A DNA stretch of 64,000 nt, from assembly GCA_964016885.1 (NCBI GenBank), contig OZ024742.1, positions 17,174,001-17,238,000 on the forward strand, written 5' to 3'. Of the stretch, positions 40,342 to 55,300 are shown in pieces. Under the pieces are notes generated by a model that did not search any database, was not told the DNA's origin, and saw nothing but the letters and a program-made list of their open reading frames with translations. Within the stretch, counting starts at the first letter, position 1. Every line of letters starts with the position of its first letter. The DNA is from Eledone cirrhosa. Lineage: Eukaryota. A program made the translations under genes and the position numbers.

Positions 40342-43300
40342 AAAACATGACGTAGGACCCTCTACCTATACTGCCAATCCACCACCCTAGCGTGGAGTCA
40401 GACTCTCTACCTATACTGCCAATCCACCACCCTAACATGGCGTCCGACGCTCTACCTATACTGCCAATCCAGCATCCTAGCATGGTGTCAGACCCTCTAC
40501 CTATACTGCCAATCCAGCATCCTAGCATGGTGTCAGACCCTCTACCTATACTGCCAATCCACCACCCTAACATGGTGTCAGACCCTCTAACTATACTGCC
40601 AATCCACCACCCTAGCATGGTGTCAGGCCCTCTACCTATACTGCCAATCCACCACCCTAACATGGTGTCAGACCCTCTACCTATACTGCCAATCCACCAC
40701 CTAACATGGTGTCAGACCCACTACCTATACTACCAATCCAGCACCCTAACATGGTGTCAGACCCTCTACCTATACTGCCAATCCAGCACCCTAACATGGT
40801 GTCAGACCCTCTACCTATACTGCCAATCCACCACCCTAACATGGTGTCAGACCCTCTACCGATACTGCCAATCCACCACCCTAAACATGGTGTCAGACCC
40901 TCTACCTATACTGCCAATCCAGCACTCTAACATGGTGTCAGACACTCTACCTATACTGCCAATCCAGCACTCTAACATGGTGTCAGACCCTCTACCAATG
41001 CTGCCAATCCACCACCCTAACATGGTATCAGACCCTCTACCTATACTGCCAATCCAGCACCCTAACATGATGTCAGACCCTCTACCTATAATGCCAACCA
41101 CCACCCTAGCATGCTGCAGACCCTCTACCTATACTGCCAATCCAGCATCCTAGCATGGTGTCGGACCCTCTACCTATAATGCCAATCCACCACCCTAGCA
41201 TGGTGTCAGACCCTCTACCTATACTGCCAATCCACCACCCTAACATGGTGTCAGACCCTCTACCTATAATGCCAATCTACCACCCTAGCATGGTGTCAGA
41301 CCCTCTACCTATACTGCCAATCTACCACCCTAACAGGGTGTCAGACCCTCTACCTATACTGCCAATCCACCACCCTAACATGGTGTCAGACCCTCTACCT
41401 ATAATGCCAATGCACCACCCTAGCATGGTGTTAGACCCTCTACCTATAATGCCAATCCACCACCCTAACATGGTGTCAGACCCTCTACCTATACTGCCAA
41501 TCCACCACCCTAACATGGTGTCAGACCCTCAACCTATACTGCCAATCCACCACCTAACATGGTGTCAGACCCTCTACCTATACTACCAATCCACCACCCT
41601 AACATGGTCTCAGACCCTCTACCTATACTGCCAATCCAGCACCCTAACATGGTGTCAGACCCTCTACCTATACTGCCAATCCACCACCCTAACATGGTGT
41701 CTGACCCTCTACCGATACTGCCAATCCACCACCCGAAACATGGTGTTAGACCCTCTACCTATACTGCCAATCCAGCACTCTAACATGGTGTCAGACCCTC
41801 TACCTATACTGCCAATCCACCACCCTAACATGGTGTCTGACCCTCTACCGATACTGCCAATCCACCACCCGAAACATGGTGTCAGACCCTCTACCTATAC
41901 TGCCAATCCAGCACTCTAACATGGTGCCAGACCCTCTACCTATACTGCCAATCCACCACCCTAACATGGTGTCTGACCCTCTACCTATACTGCCAATCCA
42001 GCACACTAACATGGTGTCAGACCCTCTACCTATACTGCCAATCCACCACCCTAACATGGTGTCAGACCCTCTACATATACTGCCAATACAGCACCCTAAC
42101 ATGTTGTCAGACCCTCTACCTATAATGCCAATCACCCACCCTAGCATGGTGTCAGACCCTCTAACTATAATGCCAATCCACCACCCTTGCATGGTGACAG
42201 ACCCTCTACCTATACTGCCAATCCACCACCCTAGCATGGTGACAGACCCTCTACCTATACTGCCAATCCACTACCCTAACATGGTGTCAGACCCTCTACC
42301 TATAATGCCAATCCACCACCCTAGCATGGTGTCAGACCCTCTACCTATACTGCCAATCTACCACCCTAACATGGTGTCAGACCCTCTACCTATAATGCCA
42401 ATGCACCACACTAGCATGGTGTTAGACCCTCTACCTATAATGCCAATCCACCACCCTAGCATGGTATCAGACGCTCTACCTATAATGCCAATCCACCACC
42501 CTAGCATGGTGTCAGACCCTCTACCTATACTGCCAATCTACCACCCTAGCATGGTGTCAGACCCTCTACCTATACTGCCAATCCACCACCCTAACATGGT
42601 GTCAGACCCTCTACCTATAATGCCAATCCACCACCCTAGCATGGTGTCAAACGCTCTACCTATAATGCCAATCCACCACCCTAACATGTTGTCAGACCCT
42701 CTACCTATAATGCCAATCCACCACCCTAACATGGTGTCAGACCCTCTACCTATAATGCCAATCCACCACCCTAGCATGGTGTCAGACCCTCTACCTATAA
42801 TGCCAATCCACCACCCTAGTATGGTGTCAGACCCTCTACCTATACTGCCAATCCACCACCCTAGCATGGTGTAAGCCCCTCTACCTATACTGCCAATCCA
42901 CCACCCTAGCATGGTGTCAGACCCGCTACCTATAATGCCAATCCACCACCCTAGCATGGTGTCAGACCCTCTACCTATACTGCCAACCACCACCCTAGCA
43001 TGCTGCAGACCCTCTACCTATACTGCCAATCCAGCATCCTAGCATGGTGTCAGACCCTCTACCTATAATGCCAATCCACCACCCTAACATGGTGTCAAAC
43101 ACTCTACTGATACTGCCAATCCAGCACCCTAACATGGTGTCAGACCCTCTACCTATACTGCCAATCCAGCACCCTAACATGGTGTCAGACCCTCTACCTA
43201 TAATGCCAACCACCACCCTAGCATGCTGCAGACCCTCTACCTATACTGCCAATCCAGAATCCTAGCATGGTGTCTGACCCTCTACTTATAATGCCAATCC

Positions 43301-46300
43301 ACCACCCTAGCATGGTGTCAGACCCTCTACCTCTACTGCCAATCCACCACCCTAGCATGGTGTCAGACCCTCTATCTATACTGCCAATCCACCACCCTAA
43401 CATTGTGTCAGACCCTCTACCTATAATGCCAATCCACCACCCTAGCATGGTGTCAGACCCTCTACCTATACTGCCAATCTACCACCCTAACAGGGTGTCA
43501 GACACTCTACCTATACTGCCAATCCACCACCCTAACATGGTGTCAGACCCTCTACCTATAATGCCAATGCACCACCCTAGCATGGTGTCAGACCCTCTAC
43601 CTATACTGCCAATCCACCACCCTAGCATGGTGTCAGACCCACTACCGATACTGCCAATCCACCACCCTAGCATGGTGTCAGACCCTCTACCGATACTGCC
43701 AATCCACCACCCTACCATTGCGTCAGACCCTCTACCTATACTGCCAATACACCACCCTAACATGGTGTCAGACACTCTACCGATACTGCCAATCTACCAC
43801 CCTAACATAGTGTCAGACCCTCTACCTATAATGCCAATCCACCACCCTAACATGGTGTCAAACACTCTACTGATACTGCCAATCCAGCACCCTAACATGG
43901 TGTCAGACCCTCTACCTATACTGCCAATCCAGCACCCTAACATGGTGTCAGACCCTCTACCTATAATGCCAACCACCACCCTAGCATGCTGCAGACCGTC
44001 TACCTATACTGCCAATCCAGAATCCTAGCATGGTGTCTGACCCTCTACCTATAATACCAATCCACCACCCTAGCATGGTGTCAGACCCTCTACCTATACT
44101 GCCAATGCACCACCCTAGCATGGTGTTAGACCCTCTACCTATACTGCCAATCCACCACCCTAGCATGGTGTCAGACCCTCTATCTATACTGCCAATCCAC
44201 CACCCTAACATGGTGTCAGACCCTCTACCTATAATGCCAACCACCAGCCTAGCATGCTGCAGACCCTCTACCTATACTGCCAATCCAGAATCCTAGCATG
44301 GTGTCTGACCCTCTACCTATAATGCCAATCCACCACCCTAGCATGGTGTCAGACACTCTACCTATACTGCCAATGCACCACCCTAGCATGGTGTTAGACC
44401 CTCTACATATAATGCCAATCCACCACACTAGCATGCTGTCAGACCCTCTACCTATAATGCCAATCCACCACCCTAACATGGTGTCAGACCCTCTACCTAT
44501 AATGCCAATCCACCACCCTAGCATGGTGTCAGTTCTTCTACCTATAATGCCAATCCACCACCCTAGCATGGTGTCAGACCCTCTACCTATACTGCCAATC
44601 CACCACCCTAGCATGGTGTCAGACCCTCTACCTATACTGCCAATCCACCACCCTAGCATGGTGTCAGACCCTCTACCGATACTGCCAATACACCACCCTA
44701 ACATGGTGTCAGACACTCTACCGATACTGCCAATCTACCACCCTAACATAGTGTCAGACCCTCTACCGATACTGCCAATCTACCACCCTAACATGGTGTC
44801 AGACCCTCTACCGATACTGCCAATCCAGCGCCCTACCATGGTGTCAGACCCTCTACCTATACTGCCAATCCACCACCCTAGCATGGTGTCAGACCCTCTA
44901 CCTATACTGCCAATCCACCACCCTAGCATGGTGTCAGACCCGCTACCTATAATGCCAATCCACCACCCTAGCATGGTGTCAGAGCCTCTACCTATACTGC
45001 CAATCCAGCATCCTAGCATGGCGTCAGACCCTCTAACTATACTGCCAATCCAGCACCCTAGCATGGTGTCAGACCCTCTACCTATACTGCCAATGCACCA
45101 CCCTAGCATGGTGTTAGACCCTCTACCTATAATGCCAATCCACCACACTAGCATGCTGTCAGACCGTCTACCTATAATGCCAATCCACCACCCTAACATG
45201 GTGTCAGACCCTCTACCTATAATGCCAATCCACCACCCTAGCATGGTGTCAGTTCTTCTACCTATAATGCCAATCCACCACCCTAGCATGGTGTCAGACC
45301 ATCTACCTATACTGCCAATCCACCACCCTAGCATGGTGTCAGACCCGCTACCGATACTGCCAATCCACCACCCTAGCATGGTGTCAGACCCTCTACCGAT
45401 ACTGCCAATCCACCACCCTACCATTGCGTCAGACCCTCTACCTATACTGCCAATACACCACCCTAACATGGTGTCAGACACTCTACCGATACTGCCAATC
45501 TACCACCCTAACATGGTGTCAGACCCTCTACCTATACTGCCAATCTACCACCCTAACATGGTGTCAGACACTCTACCGATACTGCCAATCCACCACCCTA
45601 GCATGGCGTCAGACCATCTACCGATACTGCCAATCCAGCGCCCTACCATGGTGTCAGACCCTCTACCTATACTGCCAATCCACCACCCTAGCATGGTGTC
45701 AGACCATCTACCTATACTGCCAATCCACCACCCTAGCATGGTGTCAGACCCGCTACCTATAATGCCAATCCACCACCCTAGCATGGTGTCAGACCCTCTA
45801 CCTATAATACCAATACACCACACTAGCATGGTGTCAGACCCTCTACCTATACTGCCAATCCACCACCCTAGCATGGAGTCAGACCCTCTACCTATAATGA
45901 CAATCCTCCACCCTAGCATGGCGTCAGACCCTGTACCGATACTGCCATTCCACCATCCTAGCATGGTGTCAGACCCTCTACCTATACTGCCAATCCAGCA
46001 CCCTAACATGGTGTCAGACCCTCTACCTATAATGCCAATCGACCACCCTAGCATGGTGTCAGACCCTCTACCTATAATGCCAATCAACCACCCTAGCATG
46101 GTGTCAGACCCTCTACCTATACTGCCAATCCAGCATCCTACCATGGTGCCAGACACTCTACCTATACTGCCAATCCACCACCCTAACATGGTGTCAAACA
46201 CTCTACTGATACTGCCAATCCAGCACCCTAACATGGTGTCAGACCCTCTACCTATACTGCCAATCCAGCACCCTAACATGGTGTCAGACCCTCTACCTAT

Positions 46301-49300
46301 AATGCCAACCACCACCCTAGCATGCTGCAGACCCTCTACCTATACTGCCAATCCAGAATCCTAGCATGGTGTCTGACCCTCTACCTATAATGCCAATCCA
46401 CCACCCTAGCATGGTGTCAGACCCTCTACCTATACTGCCAATCCACCACCCTAGCATGGTGTCAGACCCTCTATCTATACTGCCAATCCACCACCCTAAC
46501 ATGGTGTCAGATCCTCTACCTATAATGCCAATGCACCACCCTAGCATGGTGTTAGACCCTCTACCTATAATGCCAATCCACCACACTAGCATGCTGTCAG
46601 ACCCTCTACCTATAATGCCAATCCACCACCCTAACATGGTGTCAGACCCTCTACCTATAATGCCAATCCACCACCCTAGCATGGTGTCAGTTCTTCTACC
46701 TATAATGCCAATCCACCACCCTAGCATGGTGTCAGACCCTCTACCGATACTGCCAATCCACCACCCTACCATTGCGTCAGACCCTCTACGTATACTGCCA
46801 ATACACCACCCTAACATGGTGTCAGACACTCTACCGATACTGCCAATCTACCACCCTAACATAGTGTCAGACCCTCTACCGATACTGCCAATCTACCACC
46901 CTAACATGGTGTCAGACACTCTACCGATACTGCCAATCCACCACCCTAGCATGGCGTCAGACCATCTACCGATACTGCCAATCCAGCGCCCTACCATGGT
47001 GTCAGACCCTCTACCTATACTGCCAATCCACCACCCTAGCATGGTGTCAGACCCTCTACCTATACTGCCAATCCACCACCCTAGCATGGTGTCAGACCCG
47101 CTACCTATAATGCCAATCCACCACCCTAGCATGGTGTCAGACCCTCTACCTATAATACCAATACACCACACTAGCATGGTGTCAGACCCTCTACCTATAC
47201 TGCCAATCCACCACCCTAGCATGGAGTCAGACCCTCTACCTATACTGCCAATCCATCACCCTAACATGGTGTCAGACCCTCTACCTATAATGACAATCCT
47301 CCACCCTAGCATGGCGTCAGACCCTGTACCGATACTGCCATTCCACCATCCTAACATGGTGTCAGACCCTCTACCTATAATGACAATCCTCCACCCTAGC
47401 ATGGCGTCAGACCCTGTACCGATACTGCCATTCCACCATCCTAGCACGGTGTCAGACCCTCTACCTATACTGCCAATCCAGCACCCTAACATGGTGTCAG
47501 ACCCTCTACCTATAATGCCAATCGACCACCCTAGCATGGAGTCAGACCCTCTACCTATACTGCCAATCCAGCATCCTACCATGGTGTCAGACACTCTACC
47601 GATACTGCCAATCCACCACCCTACCATGGTGTCAGACCCTCTACCTATACTGCCAATCCACCACCCTACCATGGTGTCAGACACTCTACCTATACTGCCA
47701 ATCCACCACCCTAGCATGGTGTCAGACCCTCTACCGATACTGCCAATCCACCACCCTACCATTGCGTCAGACCCTCTACCTATACTGCCAATCCACCACC
47801 CTAACATGGTTTCAGACACTCTACCGATACTGCCAATCCACCACCCTAGCATGGCGTCAGACCCTCTACCTATACTGCCAATCCAGCAACCTAGCATGGC
47901 GTCAGACCCTCTAACTATACTGCCAATCCAGCATCCTAGCATGGCGTCAGACCTTCTACCTATACTGCCAATCCAGCACCCTAGCATGGTGTCAGACCCT
48001 CCACCGATACTGCCAATCCACCACCCTAGCATGGTGTCAGACCCTCTACCTATACTGCCAATGCACCACCCTAGCATGGTGTTAGACCCTCTACCTATAA
48101 TGCCAATCCACCACACTAGCATGCTGTCAGACCCTCTACCTATAATGCCAATCCACCACCCTAACATGGTGTCAGACCCTCTACCTATAATGCCAATCCA
48201 CCACCCTAGCATGGTGTCAGTTCTTCTACCTATAATGCCAATCCACCACCCTAGCATGGTGTCAGACCCTCTACCTATACTGCCAATCCACCACCCTAGC
48301 ATGGTGTCAGACCCTCTACCTATACTGCCAATCCACCACCCTAGCATGGTGTCAGACCCGCTACCGATACTGCCAATCCACCACCCTAGCATGGTGTCAG
48401 ACCCTCTACCGATACTGCCAATCCACCACCCTACCATTGCGTCAGACCCTCTACCTATACTGCCAATACACCACCCTAACATGGTGTCAGACACTCTACC
48501 GATACTGCCAATCTACCACCCTAACATAGTGTCAGACCCTCTACCGATACTGCCAATCTACCACCCTAACATGGTGTCAGACACTCTACCGATACTGCCA
48601 ATCCACCACCCTAGCATGGCGTCAGACCATCTACCGATACTGCCAATCCAGCGCCCTACCATGGTGTCAGACCCTCTACCTATACTGCCAATCCACCACC
48701 CTAGCATGGTGTCAGACCCTCTACCTATACTGCCAATCCACCACCCTAGCATGGTGTCAGACCCGCTACCTATAATGCCAATCCACCACCCTAGCATGGT
48801 ATCAGACCCTCTACCTATAATACCAATACACCACACTAGCATGGTGTCAGACCCTCTACCTATACTGCCAATCCACCACCCTAGCATGGAGTCAGACCCT
48901 CTACCTATACTGCCAATCCACCACCCTAACATGGTGTCAGACCCTCTACCTATAATGACAATCCTCCACCCTAGCATGGCGTCAGTCCCTGTACCGATAC
49001 TGCCATTCCACCATCCTAACATGGTGTCAGACCCTCTACCTATAATGACAATCCTCCACCCTAGCATGGCGTCAGACCCTGTACCGATACTGCCATTCCA
49101 CCATCCTAGCATGGTGTCAGACCCTCTACCTATACTGCCAATCCAGCACCCTAACATGGTGTCAGACCCTCTACCTATAATGCCAATCGACCACCCTAGC
49201 ATGGAGTCAGACCCTCTACCTATACTGCCAATCCAGCATCCTACCATGGTGTCAGACACTCTACCGATACTGCCAATCCACCACCCTACCATGGTGTCAG

Positions 49301-52300
49301 ACCCTCTACCTATACTGCCAATCCACCACCCTACCATGGTGTCAGACACTCTACCTATACTGCCAATCCACCACCCTAGCATGGTGTCAGACACTCTACC
49401 GATACTGCCAATCCACCACCCTACCATTGCGTCAGACCCTCTACCTATACTGCCAATCCACCACCCTAACATGGTGTCAGACACTCTACCGATACTGCCA
49501 ATCCACCACCCTAGCATGGCGTCAGACCCTCTACCTATACTGCCAATCCACCACCCTAGCATGGTGTCAGACCCTCTACCGATACTGCCAATACACCACC
49601 CTAAAATGGTGTCAGACACTCTACCGATACTGCCAATCTACCACCCTAACATAGTGTCAGACCCTCTACCGATACTGCCAATCTACCACCCTAACATGGT
49701 GTCTGACCCTCTACCGATACTGCCAATCCAGCGCCCTACCATGGTGTCAGACCCTCTACCTATACTGCCAATCCACCACCCTAGCATGGTGTCAGACCCT
49801 CTACCTATACTGCCAATCCACCACCCTAGCATGGTGTCAGACCCGCTACCTATAATGCCAATCCACCACCCTAGCATGGTGTCAGACCCTCTACCTATAC
49901 TGCCAATCCAGCATCCTAGCATGGCGTCAGACCCTCTAACTATACTGCCAATCCAGCACCCTAGCATGGTGTCAGACCCTCTACCTATACTGCCAATGCA
50001 CCACCCTAGCATGGTGTTAGACCCTCTACCTATAATGCCAATCCACCACACTAGCATGCTGTCAGACCGTCTACCTATAATGCCAATCCACCACCCTAAC
50101 ATGGTGTCAGACCCTCTACCTATAATGCCAATCCACCACCCTAGCATGGTGTCAGTTCTTCTACCTATAATGCCAATCCACCACCCTAGCATGGTGTCAG
50201 ACCCTCTACCTATACTGCCAATCCACCACCCTAGCATGGTGTCAGACCCGCTACCGATACTGCCAATCCACCACCCTAGCATGGTGTCAGACCCTCTACC
50301 GATACTGCCAATCCACCACCCTACCATTGCGTCAGACCCTCTACCTATACTGCCAATACACCACCCTAACATGGTGTCAGACACTCTACCGATACTGCCA
50401 ATCTACCACCCTAACATGGTGTCAGACCCTCTACCTATACTGCCAATCTACCACCCTAACATGGTGTCAGACACTCTACCGATACTGCCAATCCACCACC
50501 CTAGCATGGCGTCAGACCATCTACCGATACTGCCAATCCAGCGCCCTACCATGGTGTCAGACCCTCTACCTATACTGCCAATCCACCACCCTAGCATGGT
50601 GTCAGACCCTCTACCTATACTGCCAATCCACCACCCTAGCATGGTGTCAGACCCGCTACCTATAATGCCAATCCACCACCCTAGCATGGTGTCAGACCCT
50701 CTACCTATAATACCAATACACCACACTAGCATGGTGTCAGACCCTCTACCTATACTGCCAATCCACCACCCTAGCATGGAGTCAGACCCTCTACCTATAA
50801 TGACAATCCTCCACCCTAGCATGGCGTCAGACCCTGTACCGATACTGCCATTCCACCATCCTAGCATGGTGTCAGACCCTCTACCTATACTGCCAATCCA
50901 GCACCCTAACATGGTGTCAGACCCTCTACCTATAATGCCAATCGACCACCCTAGCATGGTGTCAGACCCTCTACCTATAATGCCAATCAACCACCCTAGC
51001 ATGGTGTCAGACCCTCTACCTATACTGCCAATCCAGCATCCTACCATGGTGCCAGACACTCTACCTATACTGCCAATCCACCACCCTAACATGGTGTCAA
51101 ACACTCTACTGATACTGCCAATCCAGCACCCTAACATGGTGTCAGACCCTCTACCTATACTGCCAATCCAGCACCCTAACATGGTGTCAGACCCTCTACC
51201 TATAATGCCAACCACCACCCTAGCATGCTGCAGACCCTCTACCTATACTGCCAATCCAGAATCCTAGCATGGTGTCTGACCCTCTACCTATAATGCCAAT
51301 CCACCACCCTAGCATGGTGTCAGACCCTCTACCTATACTGCCAATCCACCACCCTAGCATGGTGTCAGACCCTCTATCTATACTGCCAATCCACCACCCT
51401 AACATGGTGTCAGATCCTCTACCTATAATGCCAATGCACCACCCTAGCATGGTGTTAGACCCTCTACCTATAATGCCAATCCACCACACTAGCATGCTGT
51501 CAGACCCTCTACCTATAATGCCAATCCACCACCCTAACATGGTGTCAGACCCTCTACCTATAATGCCAATCCACCACCCTAGCATGGTGTCAGTTCTTCT
51601 ACCTATAATGCCAATCCACCACCCTAGCATGGTGTCAGACCCTCTACCGATACTGCCAATCCACCACCCTACCATTGCGTCAGACCCTCTACCTATACTG
51701 CCAATACACCACCCTAACATGGTGTCAGACACTCTACCGATACTGCCAATCTACCACCCTAACATAGTGTCAGACCCTCTACCGATACTGCCAATCTACC
51801 ACCCTAACATGGTGTCAGACACTCTACCGATACTGCCAATCCACCACCCTAGCATGGCGTCAGACCATCTACCGATACTGCCAATCCAGCGCCCTACCAT
51901 GGTGTCAGACCCTCTACCTATACTGCCAATCCACCACCCTAGCATGGTGTCAGACCCTCTACCTATACTGCCAATCCACCACCCTAGCATGGTGTCAGAC
52001 CCGCTACCTATAATGCCAATCCACCACCCTAGCATGGTGTCAGACCCTCTACCTATAATACCAATACACCACACTAGCATGGTGTCAGACCCTCTACCTA
52101 TACTGCCAATCCACCACCCTAGCATGGAGTCAGACCCTCTACCTATACTGCCAATCCATCACCCTAACATGGTGTCAGACCCTCTACCTATAATGACAAT
52201 CCTCCACCCTAGCATGGCGTCAGACCCTGTACCGATACTGCCATTCCACCATCCTAACATGGTGTCAGACCCTCTACCTATAATGACAATCCTCCACCCT

Positions 52301-55300
52301 AGCATGGCGTCAGACCCTGTACCGATACTGCCATTCCACCATCCTAGCACGGTGTCAGACCCTCTACCTATACTGCCAATCCAGCACCCTAACATGGTGT
52401 CAGACCCTCTACCTATAATGCCAATCGACCACCCTAGCATGGAGTCAGACCCTCTACCTATACTGCCAATCCAGCATCCTACCATGGTGTCAGACACTCT
52501 ACCGATACTGCCAATCCACCACCCTACCATGGTGTCAGACCCTCTACCTATACTGCCAATCCACCACCCTACCATGGTGTCAGACACTCTACCTATACTG
52601 CCAATCCACCACCCTAGCATGGTGTCAGACCCTCTACCGATACTGCCAATCCACCACCCTACCATTGCGTCAGACCCTCTACCTATACTGCCAATCCACC
52701 ACCCTAACATGGTTTCAGACACTCTACCGATACTGCCAATCCACCACCCTAGCATGGCGTCAGACCCTCTACCTATACTGCCAATCCAGCAACCTAGCAT
52801 GGCGTCAGACCCTCTAACTATACTGCCAATCCAGCATCCTAGCATGGCGTCAGACCTTCTACCTATACTGCCAATCCAGCACCCTAGCATGGTGTCAGAC
52901 CCTCCACTGATACTGCCAATCCACCACCCTAGCATGGTGTCAGACCCTCTACCTATACTGCCAATGCACCACCCTAGCATGGTGTTAGACCCTCTACCTA
53001 TAATGCCAATCCACCACACTAGCATGCTGTCAGACCCTCTACCTATAATGCCAATCCACCACCCTAACATGGTGTCAGACCCTCTACCTATAATGCCAAT
53101 CCACCACCCTAGCATGGTGTCAGTTCTTCTACCTATAATGCCAATCCACCACCCTAGCATGGTGTCAGACCCTCTACCTATACTGCCAATCCACCACCCT
53201 AGCATGGTGTCAGACCCTCTACCTATACTGCCAATCCACCACCCTAGCATGGTGTCAGACCCGCTACCGATACTGCCAATCCACCACCCTAGCATGGTGT
53301 CAGACCCTCTACCGATACTGCCAATCCACCACCCTACCATTGCGTCAGACCCTCTACCTATACTGCCAATACACCACCCTAACATGGTGTCAGACACTCT
53401 ACCGATACTGCCAATCTACCACCCTAACATAGTGTCAGACCCTCTACCGATACTGCCAATCTACCACCCTAACATGGTGTCAGACACTCTACCGATACTG
53501 CCAATCCACCACCCTAGCATGGCGTCAGACCATCTACCGATACTGCCAATCCAGCGCCCTACCATGGTGTCAGACCCTCTACCTATACTGCCAATCCACC
53601 ACCCTAGCATGGTGTCAGACCCTCTACCTATACTGCCAATCCTCCACCCTAGCATGGTGTCAGACCCGCTACCTATAATGCCAATCCACCACCCTAGCAT
53701 GGTATCAGACCCTCTACCTATAATACCAATACACCACACTAGCATGGTGTCAGACCCTCTACCTATACTGCCAATCCACCACCCTAGCATGGAGTCAGAC
53801 CCTCTACCTATACTGCCAATCCACCACCCTAACATGGTGTCAGACCCTCTACCTATAATGACAATCCTCCACCCTAGCATGGCGTCAGTCCCTGTACCGA
53901 TACTGCCATTCCACCATCCTAACATGGTGTCAGACCCTCTACCTATAATGACAATCCTCCACCCTAGCATGGCGTCAGACCCTGTACCGATACTGCCATT
54001 CCACCATCCTAGCATGGTGTCAGACCCTCTACCTATACTGCCAATCCAGCACCCTAACATGGTGTCAGACCCTCTACCTATAATGCCAATCGACCACCCT
54101 AGCATGGAGTCAGACCCTCTACCTATACTGCCAATCCAGCATCCTACCATGGTGTCAGACACTCTACCGATACTGCCAATCCACCACCCTACCATGGTGT
54201 CAGACCCTCTACCTATACTGCCAATCCACCACCCTACCATGGTGTCAGACACTCTACCTATACTGCCAATCCACCACCCTAGCATGGTGTCAGACACTCT
54301 ACCGATACTGCCAATCCACCACCCTACCATTGCGTCAGACCCTCTACCTATACTGCCAATCCACCACCCTAACATGGTGTCAGACACTCTACCGATACTG
54401 CCAATCCACCACCCTAGCATGGCGTCAGACCCTCTACCTATACTGCCAATCCAGCACCCTAACATGGTGTCAGACCCTCTACCTATACTACCAATCCACC
54501 ACCCTAGCATGGTGTCAGACCCTCTACCTATACTGCCAATCCAGCAACCTAGCATGGCGTCAGACCCTCTAACTATACTGCCAATCCAGCATCCTAGCAT
54601 GGCGTCAGACCTTCTACCTATACTGCCAATCCAGCACCCTAGCATGGTGTCAGACCCTCCACTGATACTGCCAATCCACCACCCTAGCATGGTGTCAGAC
54701 CCTCTACCTATACTGCCAATCCACCACCCTAGCATGGTGTCAGACCCGCTACCTATAATGCCAATCCACCACCCTAGCATGGTGTCAGACCCTCTACCTA
54801 TAATACCAATACACCACACTAGCATGGTGTCAGACCCTCTACCTATACTGCCAATCCACCACCCTAGCATGGAGTCAGACCCTCTACCTATAATGACAAT
54901 CCTCCACCCTAGCATGGCGTCAGACCCTGTACCGATACTGCCATTCCACCATCCTAGCATGGTGTCAGACCCTCTACCTATACTGCCAATCCAGCACCCT
55001 AACATGGTGTCAGACCCTCTACCTATAATGCCAATCGACCACCCTAGCATGGTGTCAGACCCTCTACCTATAATGCCAATCAACCACCCTAGCATGGTGT
55101 CAGACCCTCTACCTATACTGCCAATCCAGCATCCTACCATGGTGCCAGACACTCTACCTATACTGCCAATCCACCACCCTAACATGGTGTCAAACACTCT
55201 ACTGATACTGCCAATCCAGCACCCTAACATGGTGTCAGACCCTCTACCTATACTGCCAATCCAGCACCCTAACATGGTGTCAGACCCTCTACCTATAATG

